In this document: positions 29,018 through 40,311 of the stretch, in pieces
Layout: each line of letters begins with the position of its first letter
Position numbering within the stretch: the stretch's first letter is position 1
Virus record (IMG/VR): IMGVR_UViG_3300025133_000026
DNA length: 64,000 bases
DNA from: a virus
Strand: one strand, 5' to 3'
Notes under the pieces: model-generated
Database searches by the model: none
What the model was told of the DNA's origin: nothing
What the model saw: only the letters and a program-made list of their open reading frames with translations
Translations under genes and position numbers: made by a program

Positions 29018-30241
29018 TAAAAAACATCAAAGTCATCAAATTAGATGAAGCTATTCTGTATAAAAATAAGCATAAAATAAAATTACTTTCTTGCCATTTT
29101 CTTAGAGCAGGGCGCTATAGAATAGATTTTGGAGAAAAAGGAATAGCCTGGGCTTGGTGTGATGAAGAAAGACAACTCCATTCTTTAAAAGGGCCTGCTC
29201 TAAAAATATTTTATGGATATGAATTACCCCATGAATATTTTTATATTAATGGTAAGTCTATTTTGAAAGAAGACTGGATAGTAGAAAAACAATATCGAGA
29301 TCTTATGACCAATGGATGAGTATCAATTAGAATATGTTTTTTTTAAACATACCCCACAATATAAAAAAGGTCGCTTTAAACTTGAAGAACAGCATTTTAA
29401 AGGGCCTGGAAAATATTCTTATATCAATGAATATAAAACTATAGATTATTGTATTGTTGATGAAGCAGGGTATTTGCATAATTTAAAAGGACCTGCCTGG
29501 GTTTTAGGAAGTCTTCAGGAAGATAATAAGATTCCTTTTTCTAGTATTTATTATATTCATGGAATAGAAATTACAAAAGAAAAGTTCTTGTTTGAAAAAG
29601 AATACAAAGAAATAATTATAGGAAAACAAAAATGAATACACCACATGTAGTTCTTGGCACCCACACTGATCCCTTCACCGCTACAGTCTTCCCTTCTTTA
29701 GAGGCTGCAACAACTTATATTGAAGGATCTCCATTCAAAAACTGTCTTTCTATTCTAGAAGCAGAAATGGGTAGTGAAACAGGAGCACTTTCTAATCCTG
29801 GAATCTCTTTTTCAGAAGCTTTTATGAAGGCACTAACTCATGGAGATATGATTATGAGAGGAGATTATAAGTATCGGTATCATTCAGATACAAGTACTTG
29901 GTATAGATCCGCCGCCACCTCTACTGCTTACGAAGAAGAATATGAACTTACCGAAGAAGATCGTACACGAACAGACTGGCGGATCTACTCAGAATAAGCC
30001 TTTTAAGATGTTTTATCTTGGTCTTAGAAATACTAAAGAATGGCCTTTATTCTCTGTACAAGGTACTCTTCTTAGAATTAATGAAAAAAGACGTCTTCAT
30101 TCTTTAGATGGCCCAGCGCGAAGAGATGTGCGATTGGATGACAAACGAGCAGACACTCTTTTTTATGTTATTGAAGAAACATCACTCAACCCAAAACAAT
30201 GGCGACAAGAAATTTATAAAAGACTTATGTTAAAATCTTAA
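29005..30241 (+). CDS. paralog-family ORFs 29005..29319, 29312..29635, 29942..30241, plus 29632..29997 with a C-terminal DUF2829-like segment
   Basis: LHSLKGPA, LHNLKGPA, LHSLDGPA; FSEAFMKALTHG...DRTRTDW. Confidence 0.75.
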
Positions 30242-30589
30242 CTATGGGCCGGTACTGGCTTCGACTTGGTTATTGGAATAAACAATACAGGTAGTCCTTG
30301 TAAGAAAAGACTTTAAAGACTTACATAAAACTAAACGGCAACGATAACGTAGCTCTCGCTGCATAGCGAGTGGGGTTTCTAACTACCCTATGTCCAAAGT
30401 TAGATGTGCACTTGGTCTTAGCAGAGAAATAATAGACTAAAATGGTTACCCTGTTTTTGGCAGGTGGAATTCACTTTTCCTGGTTCCGAATTGGTTGGAA
30501 ATAGAACCTAGATGACTTGTTAGTTCAAAGCAACTAAACTAAACTTGTGACAATATTGTTTATAAAGAAACTGAGGACATGGGTTCGAT

Positions 30590-31252
30590 TAACAAAATGG
30601 TCGCTTCAGTGAGTAATCACTGTCGAATAAGAGAGCTCATACGGTGAACGCTCAGCATGTAATGATGGTGCCAACGCCGTACGGTGAATCCGAAAGGAGT
30701 AAGCCGTCTAGAGACTTATAGGTTCCTAAGACTAAATGTTAAGGAATACTAGGATGCAAAAAAATCTTCTTCAAAAAGAAGTTTTTTGGCTTTCATTTCA
30801 TCAGAATATTTTCCATTTCTAGGGGTCACTTCTAGATAAGTTGTGCAAATAAGTTTAGCTCTTCTTATCTTTGATTTTTCTCTTAAGTAAGGAGATATCT
30901 CTAATAAAAAATTAATTGCAGTGCGGTGTTTTAAACGCCAAGACCAAGATTGTTTGTGATGAGATTTGTAAACCTTTTGTTTTACAATAAATCCTCCAAA
31001 TTCTTGGACTAAGAAATCAAGAAGTTCTTTACTTGTTGATGTCATAGATACTGTTGGCGCACGATACTTGTCCCGACTATGAGGGCGGCTTAACGTTACA
31101 GTTCCTTCCCCATCAAACAATCCTGCAGTATAAGCCAATTTTAATTCTTTTTGCATAATACGCTCTCCTCTTCTTGGATATAGTATAACATAAACCCTGT
31201 CCAAGAAGAAGAAGGAATAGTCCACGCCATAATGAAAATTATGGAATACGTG
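30590..31252 (+). mobile_element. group I intron in tmRNA T-loop
   Basis: Exon ends in U pairing with GTCG guide (30600-30603); terminal G31252; P4 TACGGTG/CGCCGTA; R-like GAGACTTA 30711; S-like GAAGGAATAGTCC 31211. Confidence 0.88.
30749..31156 (-). CDS. single-motif LAGLIDADG homing endonuclease, antisense within the intron
   Basis: YTAGLFDGEGTV; 135 aa; own GAGGAG RBS and TGnTATACT extended -10 on the minus strand. Confidence 0.9.
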   Translation of the reverse strand: MQKELKLAYTAGLFDGEGTVTLSRPHSRDKYRAPTVSMTSTSKELLDFLVQEFGGFIVKQKVYKSHHKQSWSWRLKHRTAINFLLEISPYLREKSKIRRAKLICTTYLEVTPRNGKYSDEMKAKKLLFEEDFFAS

Positions 31253-31373
31253 TCCCATCCGGTCCACCATATTGAGATGCACATATAATCGCTATTTCAC
31301 ACGGCGATGCAGCTAAACCATAGTTGTGCATCCCCGGAGACGCTGGGCTCCGTATGGTTACCCAGCAATTTAT

Positions 31374-31449
31374 GCGATCTTAATTCAGTTGGTAGAATTT
31401 CTGGTTTCCAACCAGATTGTCGTCGGTTCGAGTCCGACAGGTCGCTCCA
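31374..31449 (+). tRNA. tRNA-Gly(TCC)
   Basis: Cloverleaf; loop TTTCCAA; CCA. Confidence 0.95.
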
Positions 31450-31508
31450 TTAATTTCTTTCATGTTTTTGTTCTCGCTGCAATACAACAATCTTAAACTA
31501 GAACATTA

Positions 31509-31838
31509 ATGCCTCTACATTATATAGACGAATGGCCTTTGATTCTTTCAAAAGATACCAGGTTAATATGGGATGCAAGACTCCTTTTTTAAGGAGCTGG
31601 AACATATCTCTATAAAGATCTCAGTAGCCGTTATTCTTGGTATCTTAAAATCAATGCCGAGGGTATTCTTGATGCACCCATCCCAGTACCTGCAGTTATT
31701 ACCAAGTACACTATGAGTGGAAATATTAGAATATTAAAAGCATACTATTCTAATGGTAATTCATTGCCTTCTTTTAACTTAGAAAATTATCTATATAAAA
31801 AGTTGTTACTTAGTCCAAAGACAAATAAAGGACTTTAA
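31509..31838 (+). pseudogene. paralog-family gene with in-frame TAA at 31590
   Basis: TTT TAA GGA GCT GGA ACA TAT reads F*GAGTY; frame continues to YLYKKLLL. Confidence 0.75.
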
Positions 31839-31897
31839 GCCACCTTGCCCCGGGAATATGGGGTCTGGAAATACACCAATAAAACAAGGAGTTAATT

Positions 31898-32230
31898 ATG
31901 AGCAACCAGGTACATGACATTCAGAGTTTTCTGAAGGATGGCGGAAACATTATGCGTAGACGCGAAGGGCGACGGGTCGTCACTGTTGCTTATCGATGTA
32001 ACCGTGATAAGACTGTAACCTACGCAGGAGTTATCTTCCGTAAGGATGATCCTCAGGAAGAGTATTCCAAGAAGGGACACACCCACACCGCTGTTCAGCG
32101 TTTCTACATGCGTCCTGTCATTATCCCTCATCCTTCGGTTGTAGGTCCAGCACATGCTATTCAGAGCGCAGTAGAACACAGTATTCGTACTGCCATGGGC
32201 ACTGTTGGTGCATACGGCCCTCGCACCTAA
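31898..32230 (+). CDS. hypothetical protein
   Basis: AAGGAG RBS; followed by terminator. Confidence 0.8.
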   Translation: MSNQVHDIQSFLKDGGNIMRRREGRRVVTVAYRCNRDKTVTYAGVIFRKDDPQEEYSKKGHTHTAVQRFYMRPVIIPHPSVVGPAHAIQSAVEHSIRTAMGTVGAYGPRT

Positions 32231-32252
32231 TCTATTCTATAAATCTAATCCA

Positions 32253-32290
32253 AAGGGGAGACTTAAACGTCTCCCCTTACTTTGTTTCTT
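32253..32290 (+). terminator. intrinsic terminator
   Basis: AAGGGGAGAC/GTCTCCCCTT followed by T-rich tail. Confidence 0.75.
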
Positions 32291-34271
32291 ATGTCACCAC
32301 CTATTAAAATCTTCTTTTCAGCTTATATTTATAGTGCTCTTAAAAAAGATAAACTTATTCTTAGAGATCGATGGAAGTCTCATGCTACAGAAAATAATCA
32401 ACAAATTTTCTTCTGTAGATTTACAAAAGAGAGAACTCTTCAATATTTAAAAGAAGATCGTGTTGTATATCAGTTGGGGCACTTTACAACTTTCAATAAA
32501 AAAGGTCAAATAAGTAAACCCTATGCTCCTTTTTCTATTGAAAGTGTTTCTGTTAATTTAGATAAAAGCTGTTATGTCTTTCCAGACTGGTCTTCTCAGA
32601 CTTATGTTTATCATGGAATATCATACGATTCAAAAGAAAAAATGGAAGTTGTTCTGTTTAAAGAACTAATGCTAGGAGAACAAAATGCCAGTAATCAGTA
32701 ATTGGAGCATTGTCCAAAAACATGAAGATAAAATAGATGGAGTGTGCCGAATTAAAGGCACTGTTAAAAACCATCGTTATATTCTTGACGGTAAACTTAT
32801 CGTCTCTTCTCCAATTCAAACTATTGAATGGAAACAAGGTATTGTCATGACTCTAAATACCGCTTATATGCTTAGTGATTCTCCAAGTAGAGTCTGGGCA
32901 CTTTGGACTAAGAAGTATGACAAAGAGACATATGACAATCTTTTAGAATTGGGCTTTACAATTCCAAAAAAGAAAGAGAAGAAAAATGATTCTTGACTTT
33001 CTTTTAGGAGCTTTAATAACTTTGGGAATAAATACATTTCTCGGGTTGTTCTCTGCCTCAATATTTATGTCTACGCTTATGGAAACTGCCGAAACTAGCA
33101 AGGCTATTGTCTTTCTTGAAGGTCTTCTTAATAAAGCAGAAATATATCTAAAAAAGACTTGGTTATTTAGAAACTTTCCAGAAATAGCAGCATATATTGT
33201 TTCGTTGATATTTATGAATCTTTGGGCTTTTTGGACACCAGTCTGCTTATATCATTTTTTAACTAATGGATAAAGCTTTACAAATTATTTGGTGGATAGT
33301 TCTAATACTTATAATTGGAATGGGCGGTGCCTATCTAAAACTGATGGGTATTCCCCAAATACTTCTATTTATATTTACTATCTTCTTTATATGGCTTTAT
33401 CATTTAACACATCCATTCATTCCATTCATTAAGTCTGATAAGGAAACACAATCAGATGAATAAGATAATCACTGTACTTTATGCAAAAGAATTTAATTGT
33501 TTTAGAGTTAAGACAATTACTGGCAAAAAAGTAAGAACACAATCTTTCCCTTGTAGTAAAGGGTTGATGACTTGTTCAGAACAAGAAGTGGCGGCTGTCG
33601 CAAGGCGTGAATTCTTCAATTCTTCATTCCGACCGCGTCCTACCTTTAACTTTATTTATAAGGAAATAGGGTGGAGATTCTAAAACTAGATAAAGCTGAT
33701 GCTGTTCAATATTTAGAGGTTCATGGCTTTTCTTCAGATGCTATTCAATATATGTTGCTTTCTATGAAAGAACACCCAGAATGGGGAATATATAAAGGAA
33801 TTTATAAATGGCCAGAAGAAGACGAGCCAATTTATGTTGACAAACCAGGATGGTGGCTTTTTCTAGACTACAAACCTCGACATTTGGATTATATTGTTTT
33901 ATTTCCTGACATAAAAAACAAATTCACACAAGAAATAGATAAAGAATTACTACCTCCTGATTTTCTTTTCATTAATTGCAATGCTCACCCAAAAAGACAA
34001 CGAAGAGTTTGTTTAAAAACTCAACTTCTTGAATTAGAATACAAACAACTCTTAACTAAAGATAAACCAAATGAAAACTAAAAGAATAAAGGGCCGTGAC
34101 CCTGTTCATCTAGCTGCTATTCAACACAGTGGCGCTGGAAGACATAAGTCTGAACAAGACTATTCTCGTAAGAAAGAGAAATACCAAGCTCTTTTTGATG
34201 AAATGGACGAGTTCTATGATGATCTAGAAGACGAAGATCTTTCAGAGTGGGAGGAAGAAGATTATGGCTGA
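32282..34271 (+). CDS. run of ORFs 32282..32701 (family-like C-terminus), 32685..32996, 32986..33273, 33266..33463, 33456..33683, 33671..34081, 34071..34271
   Basis: Overlapping start/stop chain; two membrane proteins; last ORF basic with acidic tail. Confidence 0.7.
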
Positions 34272-34837
34272 GAAGTGCCACGCCTGCGGAAGCGACCGGC
34301 TGATGCCGGTGCGCGACTTCGCAGTGTCTATTGAGAGACCCGACCCTGGCTATGGAATGGGTCGCTACGACAGACAAAAGGTCTATGCCTGCCGAGACTG
34401 CGGGGCGCTGCGGATTGATGACGCTGAGAAGGATTGGATGGACGGGACAAACGAAGAGGAGGAAAACAGTGGCTGACCTAACGATTGAGCAGGTGCGCGA
34501 ACTATTGGAGGCGGCCGACCGACCGCATCCCCCGAAAACCGACCTGCAAGCCGTGTACGCCTGGGCAGATGCCCACCACACCCTCGCTAAGCAGAAGTTC
34601 GACCTTGCTCGTCTCGTGCTGGAGCAAGCCGAACGCATCGAGGACCTGGAGGCAGGCCAGGAAACACTTCCGATCCTGAAGCGTCAATGCGAGCGCATCG
34701 CCACGTTCGAGGGGCTGCTACGCGAGCTGGAGTGGGAGATATGCCCAATCTCTGAGCAAGAGGAGTGCGTGTGGTGCATGAATCGCGCACCAGATCACGC
34801 CAACGACTGCCGCTTAGCCGCTGCTCTTAATTCTTAA
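34264..34837 (+). CDS. GC-rich two-gene islet (34264..34476 Zn ribbon; 34469..34837)
   Basis: CHAC/CRDC; GTG34469 with GAGGAGG RBS; abrupt GC rise. Confidence 0.75.
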
Positions 34838-34884
34838 TATTTATTACCTTTTATAATATATCAATTTAACAAGGCTTTCAAATA

Positions 34885-35601
34885 ATGGTAACACCACTCC
34901 TCGCCGCATTCTTTGTTGGCCTCCTTCTCGTTGGTAGTTCTACTTTACGTGTAGTAGAAGTAGCAAAAGGGGAAATTCTCAACACCTTTCTAATTTCTAT
35001 CATTATTAGCTTTGCTTATTGGTTCTCTATTCAATACATTGCTCAAAACGATATTGGTTCTTATGTAGCATTTTCTCTTGGAGCCTGCATTGCCACTGTC
35101 TCTCTTGCACATAGAGAAAGCAACAGTCCTAATAAAGGACTATTGGCTAGACATGGTGTTCGAGGAGTTGGTTCAGAAATGCCAGAAGAGAAAACATCTT
35201 CAAAAAGAATAAATGGATTTTTTAGAGAAGAAGAAACCTCTTGACTAGAAACAAGCATGAATGAATATTATCTAAACAACTATAGTCGTTCTCGTGGAGA
35301 AAACCCTTATTCTGCAGCATTATGGCTATCTATAGAATGGGCCAGAATTGCAAGAATGAGCGGGAAGAGAGAAGACAAGCACAGCAAAGAATTCTCTGCC
35401 AAGCACAATGAATTGTCTTTACATATGCAAACTTACATAGTTAATGCAAGAACACCAGAAGACTTACGTCAAAAGTTCTTTCAAATGAGAAAGACGATTA
35501 TTAAAGACTTTCATAAAAGTACAAGTGGCACCAAAGATGCTTACGGTATGTGTGGTGCAGAACTCGACAAGGTTATCAACAAGTTCTTAATACAGGAGTA
35601 A
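34885..35601 (+). CDS. membrane protein 34885..35244 and hypothetical 35257..35601
   Basis: Three TM helices in the first ORF. Confidence 0.65.
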
Positions 35602-35611
35602 ACGATGCCAA

Positions 35612-35992
35612 GTGTATTACAAGGCTAAGGATCAGGCGCTTAATAACGATCATGACTATCATATCGCAGCTATCTTGTGGAGAAAGAAGTCTCCTATCAG
35701 AATTGGTGTCAATTCTAAGAAAACCCATCCTGCTGCTCGTCGTCAATATTCTTGTGGGCCACGATTTGTTCATCACCTTCATGCCGAAATGCATGCTCTC
35801 TTGAATACAGATACTACAAAAAATGATGTTCTTGAAGTCATGAGATGGACTAAGGATGGTCAACGGACAATGAGCAAGCCTTGCGAGCACTGTATGAAGG
35901 TTATTAGAGCTTCTGGAATTAAAAAGGTTCGTTATACAGACTGGGATGGAACCTGGACAGAAATGAATCTCTGCGCAATAAGTATGAGATAA
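35612..35992 (+). CDS. Zn-dependent cytidine/dCMP deaminase-fold protein
   Basis: HAE...SKPCEHC; start uncertain. Confidence 0.88.
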   Translation: MYYKAKDQALNNDHDYHIAAILWRKKSPIRIGVNSKKTHPAARRQYSCGPRFVHHLHAEMHALLNTDTTKNDVLEVMRWTKDGQRTMSKPCEHCMKVIRASGIKKVRYTDWDGTWTEMNLCAISMR

Positions 35993-36405
35993 GAAAAACT
36001 ATCTTTCAATGGAAATCTGCCCCTTCTCAAAAAGAAGTATGGCAATTTATAGTTAACATAAAAGGCCATATCGCCTTCAAACCTGCGTTCAGAATTCCAT
36101 GCGCTGCTGAGGATCCTCTTCTTCTTCCAAGTAAACAGTTCCAGGGATCTGGTATTTATTGTTTAAAAGAAACGACAGTAGACTTTATTTATTATGTCTC
36201 TCTTGTTGGTTATGTAAATGAAAATAGTTTATTTGATAATATTCCTGGGAAAAACTATTGTGGGTATATAAAAAATAAAAAATTCAGTGCCTGTGATGGA
36301 ATCACTGCTTCTTGGAGTATAGACAACAAGAAAATTATCCCCTGGAAGGGTTATCGAAAAGCCCTGACCAACAAAGAATATAGAGAATTAATGTGTCCCA
36401 AATAA
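35941..36405 (+). CDS. paralog-family ORF lacking an upstream ATG/GTG/TTG start
   Basis: Open frame with KQFQGSGIY and KEYRELM; only CTG codons (35941, 35953, 35971) near the 5' end. Confidence 0.55.
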   Translation: MGWNLDRNESLRNKYEIRKTIFQWKSAPSQKEVWQFIVNIKGHIAFKPAFRIPCAAEDPLLLPSKQFQGSGIYCLKETTVDFIYYVSLVGYVNENSLFDNIPGKNYCGYIKNKKFSACDGITASWSIDNKKIIPWKGYRKALTNKEYRELMCPK

Positions 36406-39065
36406 CTCATAAAGAACTAAAAGAAATTTTATTTGATTGGCCTTCTGCATTTGCTCCTACACATAAAGAAATAAACCAATTTATAATAGATATTCAAGAT
36501 ATTCCTTGTTATCTTATTCCTGTAAGAATACTTGAGTCTATGGACCGAACAGAGAACAGGATTATTAAAGATGGACAATATTGGGCTTTACCATTAGAAT
36601 ATTTTGAAGGACCTGGAATTTATATAACTGACGAAAGACCTTTAACAAAAAATCATGACAATGACGTTTCATATTATGGAGCAGATCGTCGTAATAGAAA
36701 CATTCCAAACAAAAACTATTCTGGTTTTTCTGGAGAAGAAAAGTTTTTAGCTGTTGAGGGCTACATTCATTTTCCATACTCTGGGGGTAGTCTTCCCACC
36801 TATATAGAATCACTTCTTTTAAAAGAGTTAATCTTAGATGACAGTTGAAACTTTAATCGCCAAGCTTAAAAAACTTCCATCAAAAACAATAGTTATTGTT
36901 CAGGAATATGACAGCTTAGATAATATAGCTAGACCAATCAAAGTAGTTGAAAAGATTACTAAAGCTGACTTACCCGAACACTTAAGAGATGTTACAATTA
37001 AGAATAAAAAAAACTTAATTATCTTAAGTGCTTGGGGTAATGGCGAAGCACCTGCATCGCAATTTATTCCAATCAAGACAGAACAGAAACTTCAGTCTTT
37101 CATTCTTCATGCAAAAAAGAATGGCATTCCATTATCACTAATCAAGGAATGGATTCAAAAGAATGAGCTGCCTCCGAAGAATAAAAAGAAAGCTACTCGT
37201 AAAGTTCAAAAGACCTCAGGACGCACAGAAATATTACCTAAATCCGCTAAAGAATTACACAGTGATAATGCTAAGCGGCTCACCCCCAAACCCAACAGTC
37301 CAACTCGCAGAAAGAAGAGGAGTGTGGATCCCAATGTGGGAACTGGAAATAATAGATGACTCTTGATACTGAACCATATAATAAATTTATAGAAATATCT
37401 AATATTCTCTTTGGCGAAGCAGAGATTGTTTCGGTGCAAGAATTCATGAAACGAACTCTTGTTCAGGGAGCGCCGCCTCCGGAAAACCTTAATGTTTGTG
37501 TTAACTCTTATATGAGAGTTATTCGAAATTTTAAAACAGTTGCTCTGGGTCGACCCGACAGTATCTGTCTTCAAAAAGAATCACCTTTAGACCTATGGGC
37601 TTGGCACAAACTCATTGACATAGAATATAAACTTACAATGACAGAGACAGATAATGCCTGAATCAGAAGAAACTACTATTCTTTCTTGTAAAGAATTCTT
37701 AGAAGATGACATATTTAATGCTATTGGCATTGCCATTGGATATAGGTTCTTAGTAGAGAGCTGGGCTCCACAAGATCTTGACTTTCGACTTGCTCTTTTC
37801 GATGGAGAAAATTCTTTTGGACTTGACCATAGTTTTGAAATTGCTTTAGAACGAGTAAATTCAACAACATCTAAAACTTTTATCGAAGACCAAACCAAAT
37901 CTTTAGAATCTAGTTTATCAGAGTTGAAAAATCAAGAAGAGTTATTGACGAAAATAACCAAACACTTTCAGATTTGTCTTGATATTACTCATAAACTTGA
38001 AAAGGTTTTGGAGGAGAATATAAAACTTTCCAAAGCCCTAGAAACCGCAGCACCCCATTAAAGGACATCATGAAGTTCCTTCTCCTCTATTATATAATTA
38101 GCAGAATCTTTGCTGTCTGGGCTATATTTCCAGCATTAAAACAAGAAATAGAAGAGCTTCTTAATCCTATTGAAGGTCGGCCCCGAATCTATAATATTTT
38201 TACTATGTTAATAATTTTATTTATTACATATATTCCACCAATATTAGATATTATGGTTCTTATCCTTGGAGGGCTCATCCTTATAGAAAAGGTTAAAAAA
38301 TGGCAGAAATCAATTTAAATTCAACACCGCCCTTAAAAGACTTACTTCCTAAAGATATTGAGCCTCAACCTATCTGTCCAGAAGGTATGCGAAAATTCAC
38401 TATCTTTCGACGTGGAGATGAGTCTAATGTTTCAGGTACTGGAAAAATTATTCAAGGAGTATTGTTTGCCGATGGGAAAGCAGTCATTCAATGGCTTGCA
38501 GGACCAGACCCTGGTGACACTCAAGTCAAAAATAGTTTTGAGAAGTTCTTAGAAACACACATTATTCCCCATCCGGGGAATAGAACTATTCTAACCTGGG
38601 AAGATGGTATTCAAATATTCTTTCCGGAGGAAGACAACGAAGCCACAGGGTCCACAACATCCTAAGATAATAGGTGAGGGAATTTCTAAAGACCCTTGGC
38701 TTTTAAACGGCTATACTCTTAGAAACCTAACACACGAAGACACTATAGCAAAATATATGAAAGACACTGGGTTAGCATTTTCCATACCCCTTCTAACTAG
38801 AAGACCTCGAAATGGAAATCACCAAACTTTTCATAAGTTTAAAAACAACACCCCTTCTGGTTGGTATCTTTTAATGGAGACTCGGACACTATTCAAAATA
38901 ACAGATGGTTATCTCTGCAATAAAGGAGATATTGGGATTTGGGCAGTTTCTGTATTTGGTCTCAAAACTCATGGACTATATACTTATAAGTCATGGGTCT
39001 CTTCGAATGAAATTGAGATTAATTCCTTACTTTATAAAGATATGATGATTGGTAAAACATTGTGA
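36393..39065 (+). CDS. run of ORFs 36393..36848 (FEGPGIY family), 36838..37359, 37356..37661, 37654..38061, 38070..38318, 38300..38665, 38604..39065
   Basis: Overlapping chain; several end in YKxxM-like helices; 38300 carries DESNVSGTG...FADG..V..W. Confidence 0.7.
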
Positions 39066-39083
39066 TAAAATTCCAAAGGAGGA

Positions 39084-39989
39084 TTGATGCTAAGACTATT
39101 ATTCTTACTAATGTCATCTTTAGGATGTAACGACACCACTTTTACCCATACAGTTATCGAGGAAGTTCCAACTTATATCGAACCACAAGTAGAAGTCTTT
39201 AATGCAGGAACTTCCATTACTCGCGCAGACTTTCTTGTAGTTCTTGATGTTTCTGGCTCAATGTCACAAGTCAACAACCACCTTTCAGAAGGACTTACTC
39301 CTTTTGTAGATGCTTTACTAGCCATACAGGATGACCTTGACTGGCGACTTACTGCAGTAAGTGCTGATTCTGATTACGTCGAAATAGATGATTGGATAGA
39401 AGCACACGATGTTGAATTCCCCTCCATGGCCGTGGCAGACTTGCAGGTTATGGTAGAGAGAGGTGGAGCTGAAGAAGGATTCTTAGCTGGCTACTCTGCT
39501 TATCATTTGGACACAGAGTTCTTTAGAGACAATGCGGACTTGTTGTTCATCTTTATTTCTGACGAAGACGAGCAATCAAGTATTCCTGTCTCCGATTGGA
39601 CAGGGTGGCAGGCAACATTGCGTTCTTATCCATATGAAGTACACAATAGTGCTATCACAACTTTTTATGAAAACTCCTGTGGTTATGGAGTAGGTCAAAA
39701 ATATATTGATGTATCTTCTGCAACAGTTGAAATTTGCAGTCCAACTGGTTGGGCTGAAGCCGCCAACCCAGTCTTAGACAGAGTTAATCCTCTTGAAGAT
39801 GTTTTTTACTTAGATCAAGAACCAGATCCAGATACGATTAGAGTATGGGTTAATAATACAGAGTATTCTCAACCTAATTGGCAATATGATATTAATGAAT
39901 GGAAAGTAGTTCTGTCTTTCACACCACCTTCAGGGAGTTCTGTTGTCATCTCATACTACCTTGTTCAAGGAGATACTGGAGCTTCTTGA
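39084..39989 (+). CDS. vWA-domain lipoprotein
   Basis: SLGC lipobox; LDVSGSM MIDAS; FISDEDEQS. Confidence 0.8.
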   Translation: MMLRLLFLLMSSLGCNDTTFTHTVIEEVPTYIEPQVEVFNAGTSITRADFLVVLDVSGSMSQVNNHLSEGLTPFVDALLAIQDDLDWRLTAVSADSDYVEIDDWIEAHDVEFPSMAVADLQVMVERGGAEEGFLAGYSAYHLDTEFFRDNADLLFIFISDEDEQSSIPVSDWTGWQATLRSYPYEVHNSAITTFYENSCGYGVGQKYIDVSSATVEICSPTGWAEAANPVLDRVNPLEDVFYLDQEPDPDTIRVWVNNTEYSQPNWQYDINEWKVVLSFTPPSGSSVVISYYLVQGDTGAS

Positions 39990-40311
39990 AAAAAGCGATA
40001 AATATATCCTTATAAGAAAGGTGGCCAGTTACACTAAGCCACATTATATAAACGTTTATAATAATAAAACAGCAGATACATTTACTCTTCATTCAGATCT
40101 AGATGTGGTTTTTTCTAACTTTGGGAAAATTTCTTATGAAGACTTCTATTATCAACTTCTTATGGAGGAATCTCCTATAGAGACCCAAAAAGTTGATAAA
40201 AAAGATGAAGTTAAATATAAAAGAACTTACTTTATTCATGGTGTTCCTTATGAAAAAGAAAAATTCTTAGAAGAACTTGAATATAGAAAAATAATGTTAG
40301 GCAAAACATGA
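39943..40311 (+). CDS. paralog-family member (C-terminal motif duplicated)
   Basis: YYQLLM and YFIHG...EYRKIMLG. Confidence 0.65.
   Translation: MSSHTTLFKEILELLEKSDKYILIRKVASYTKPHYINVYNNKTADTFTLHSDLDVVFSNFGKISYEDFYYQLLMEESPIETQKVDKKDEVKYKRTYFIHGVPYEKEKFLEELEYRKIMLGKT

Larger units (their letters stand above)
30246..31269 (+). ncRNA. ssrA: tmRNA (exons 30246-30589 and 31253-31269); tag (A)GNDNVALAA
   Basis: GGGCCGG/CCGGTCC acceptor with G3-U; ACCA end; tag ORF 30337-30366; T-arm ATGGG-TTCGAT|T-CCCAT restored on splicing. Confidence 0.93.

Noticed and set aside
30539-30550. CTAAACTTGTGA inside tmRNA matching the tail of the early motif
   Set aside because: No upstream hairpin; this position corresponds to an ordinary tmRNA helix-2 strand.
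10589-40311. Paralog family as diversity-generating retroelement targets
   Set aside because: No reverse transcriptase and no near-identical template/variable repeat pair noticed; members are deeply diverged.
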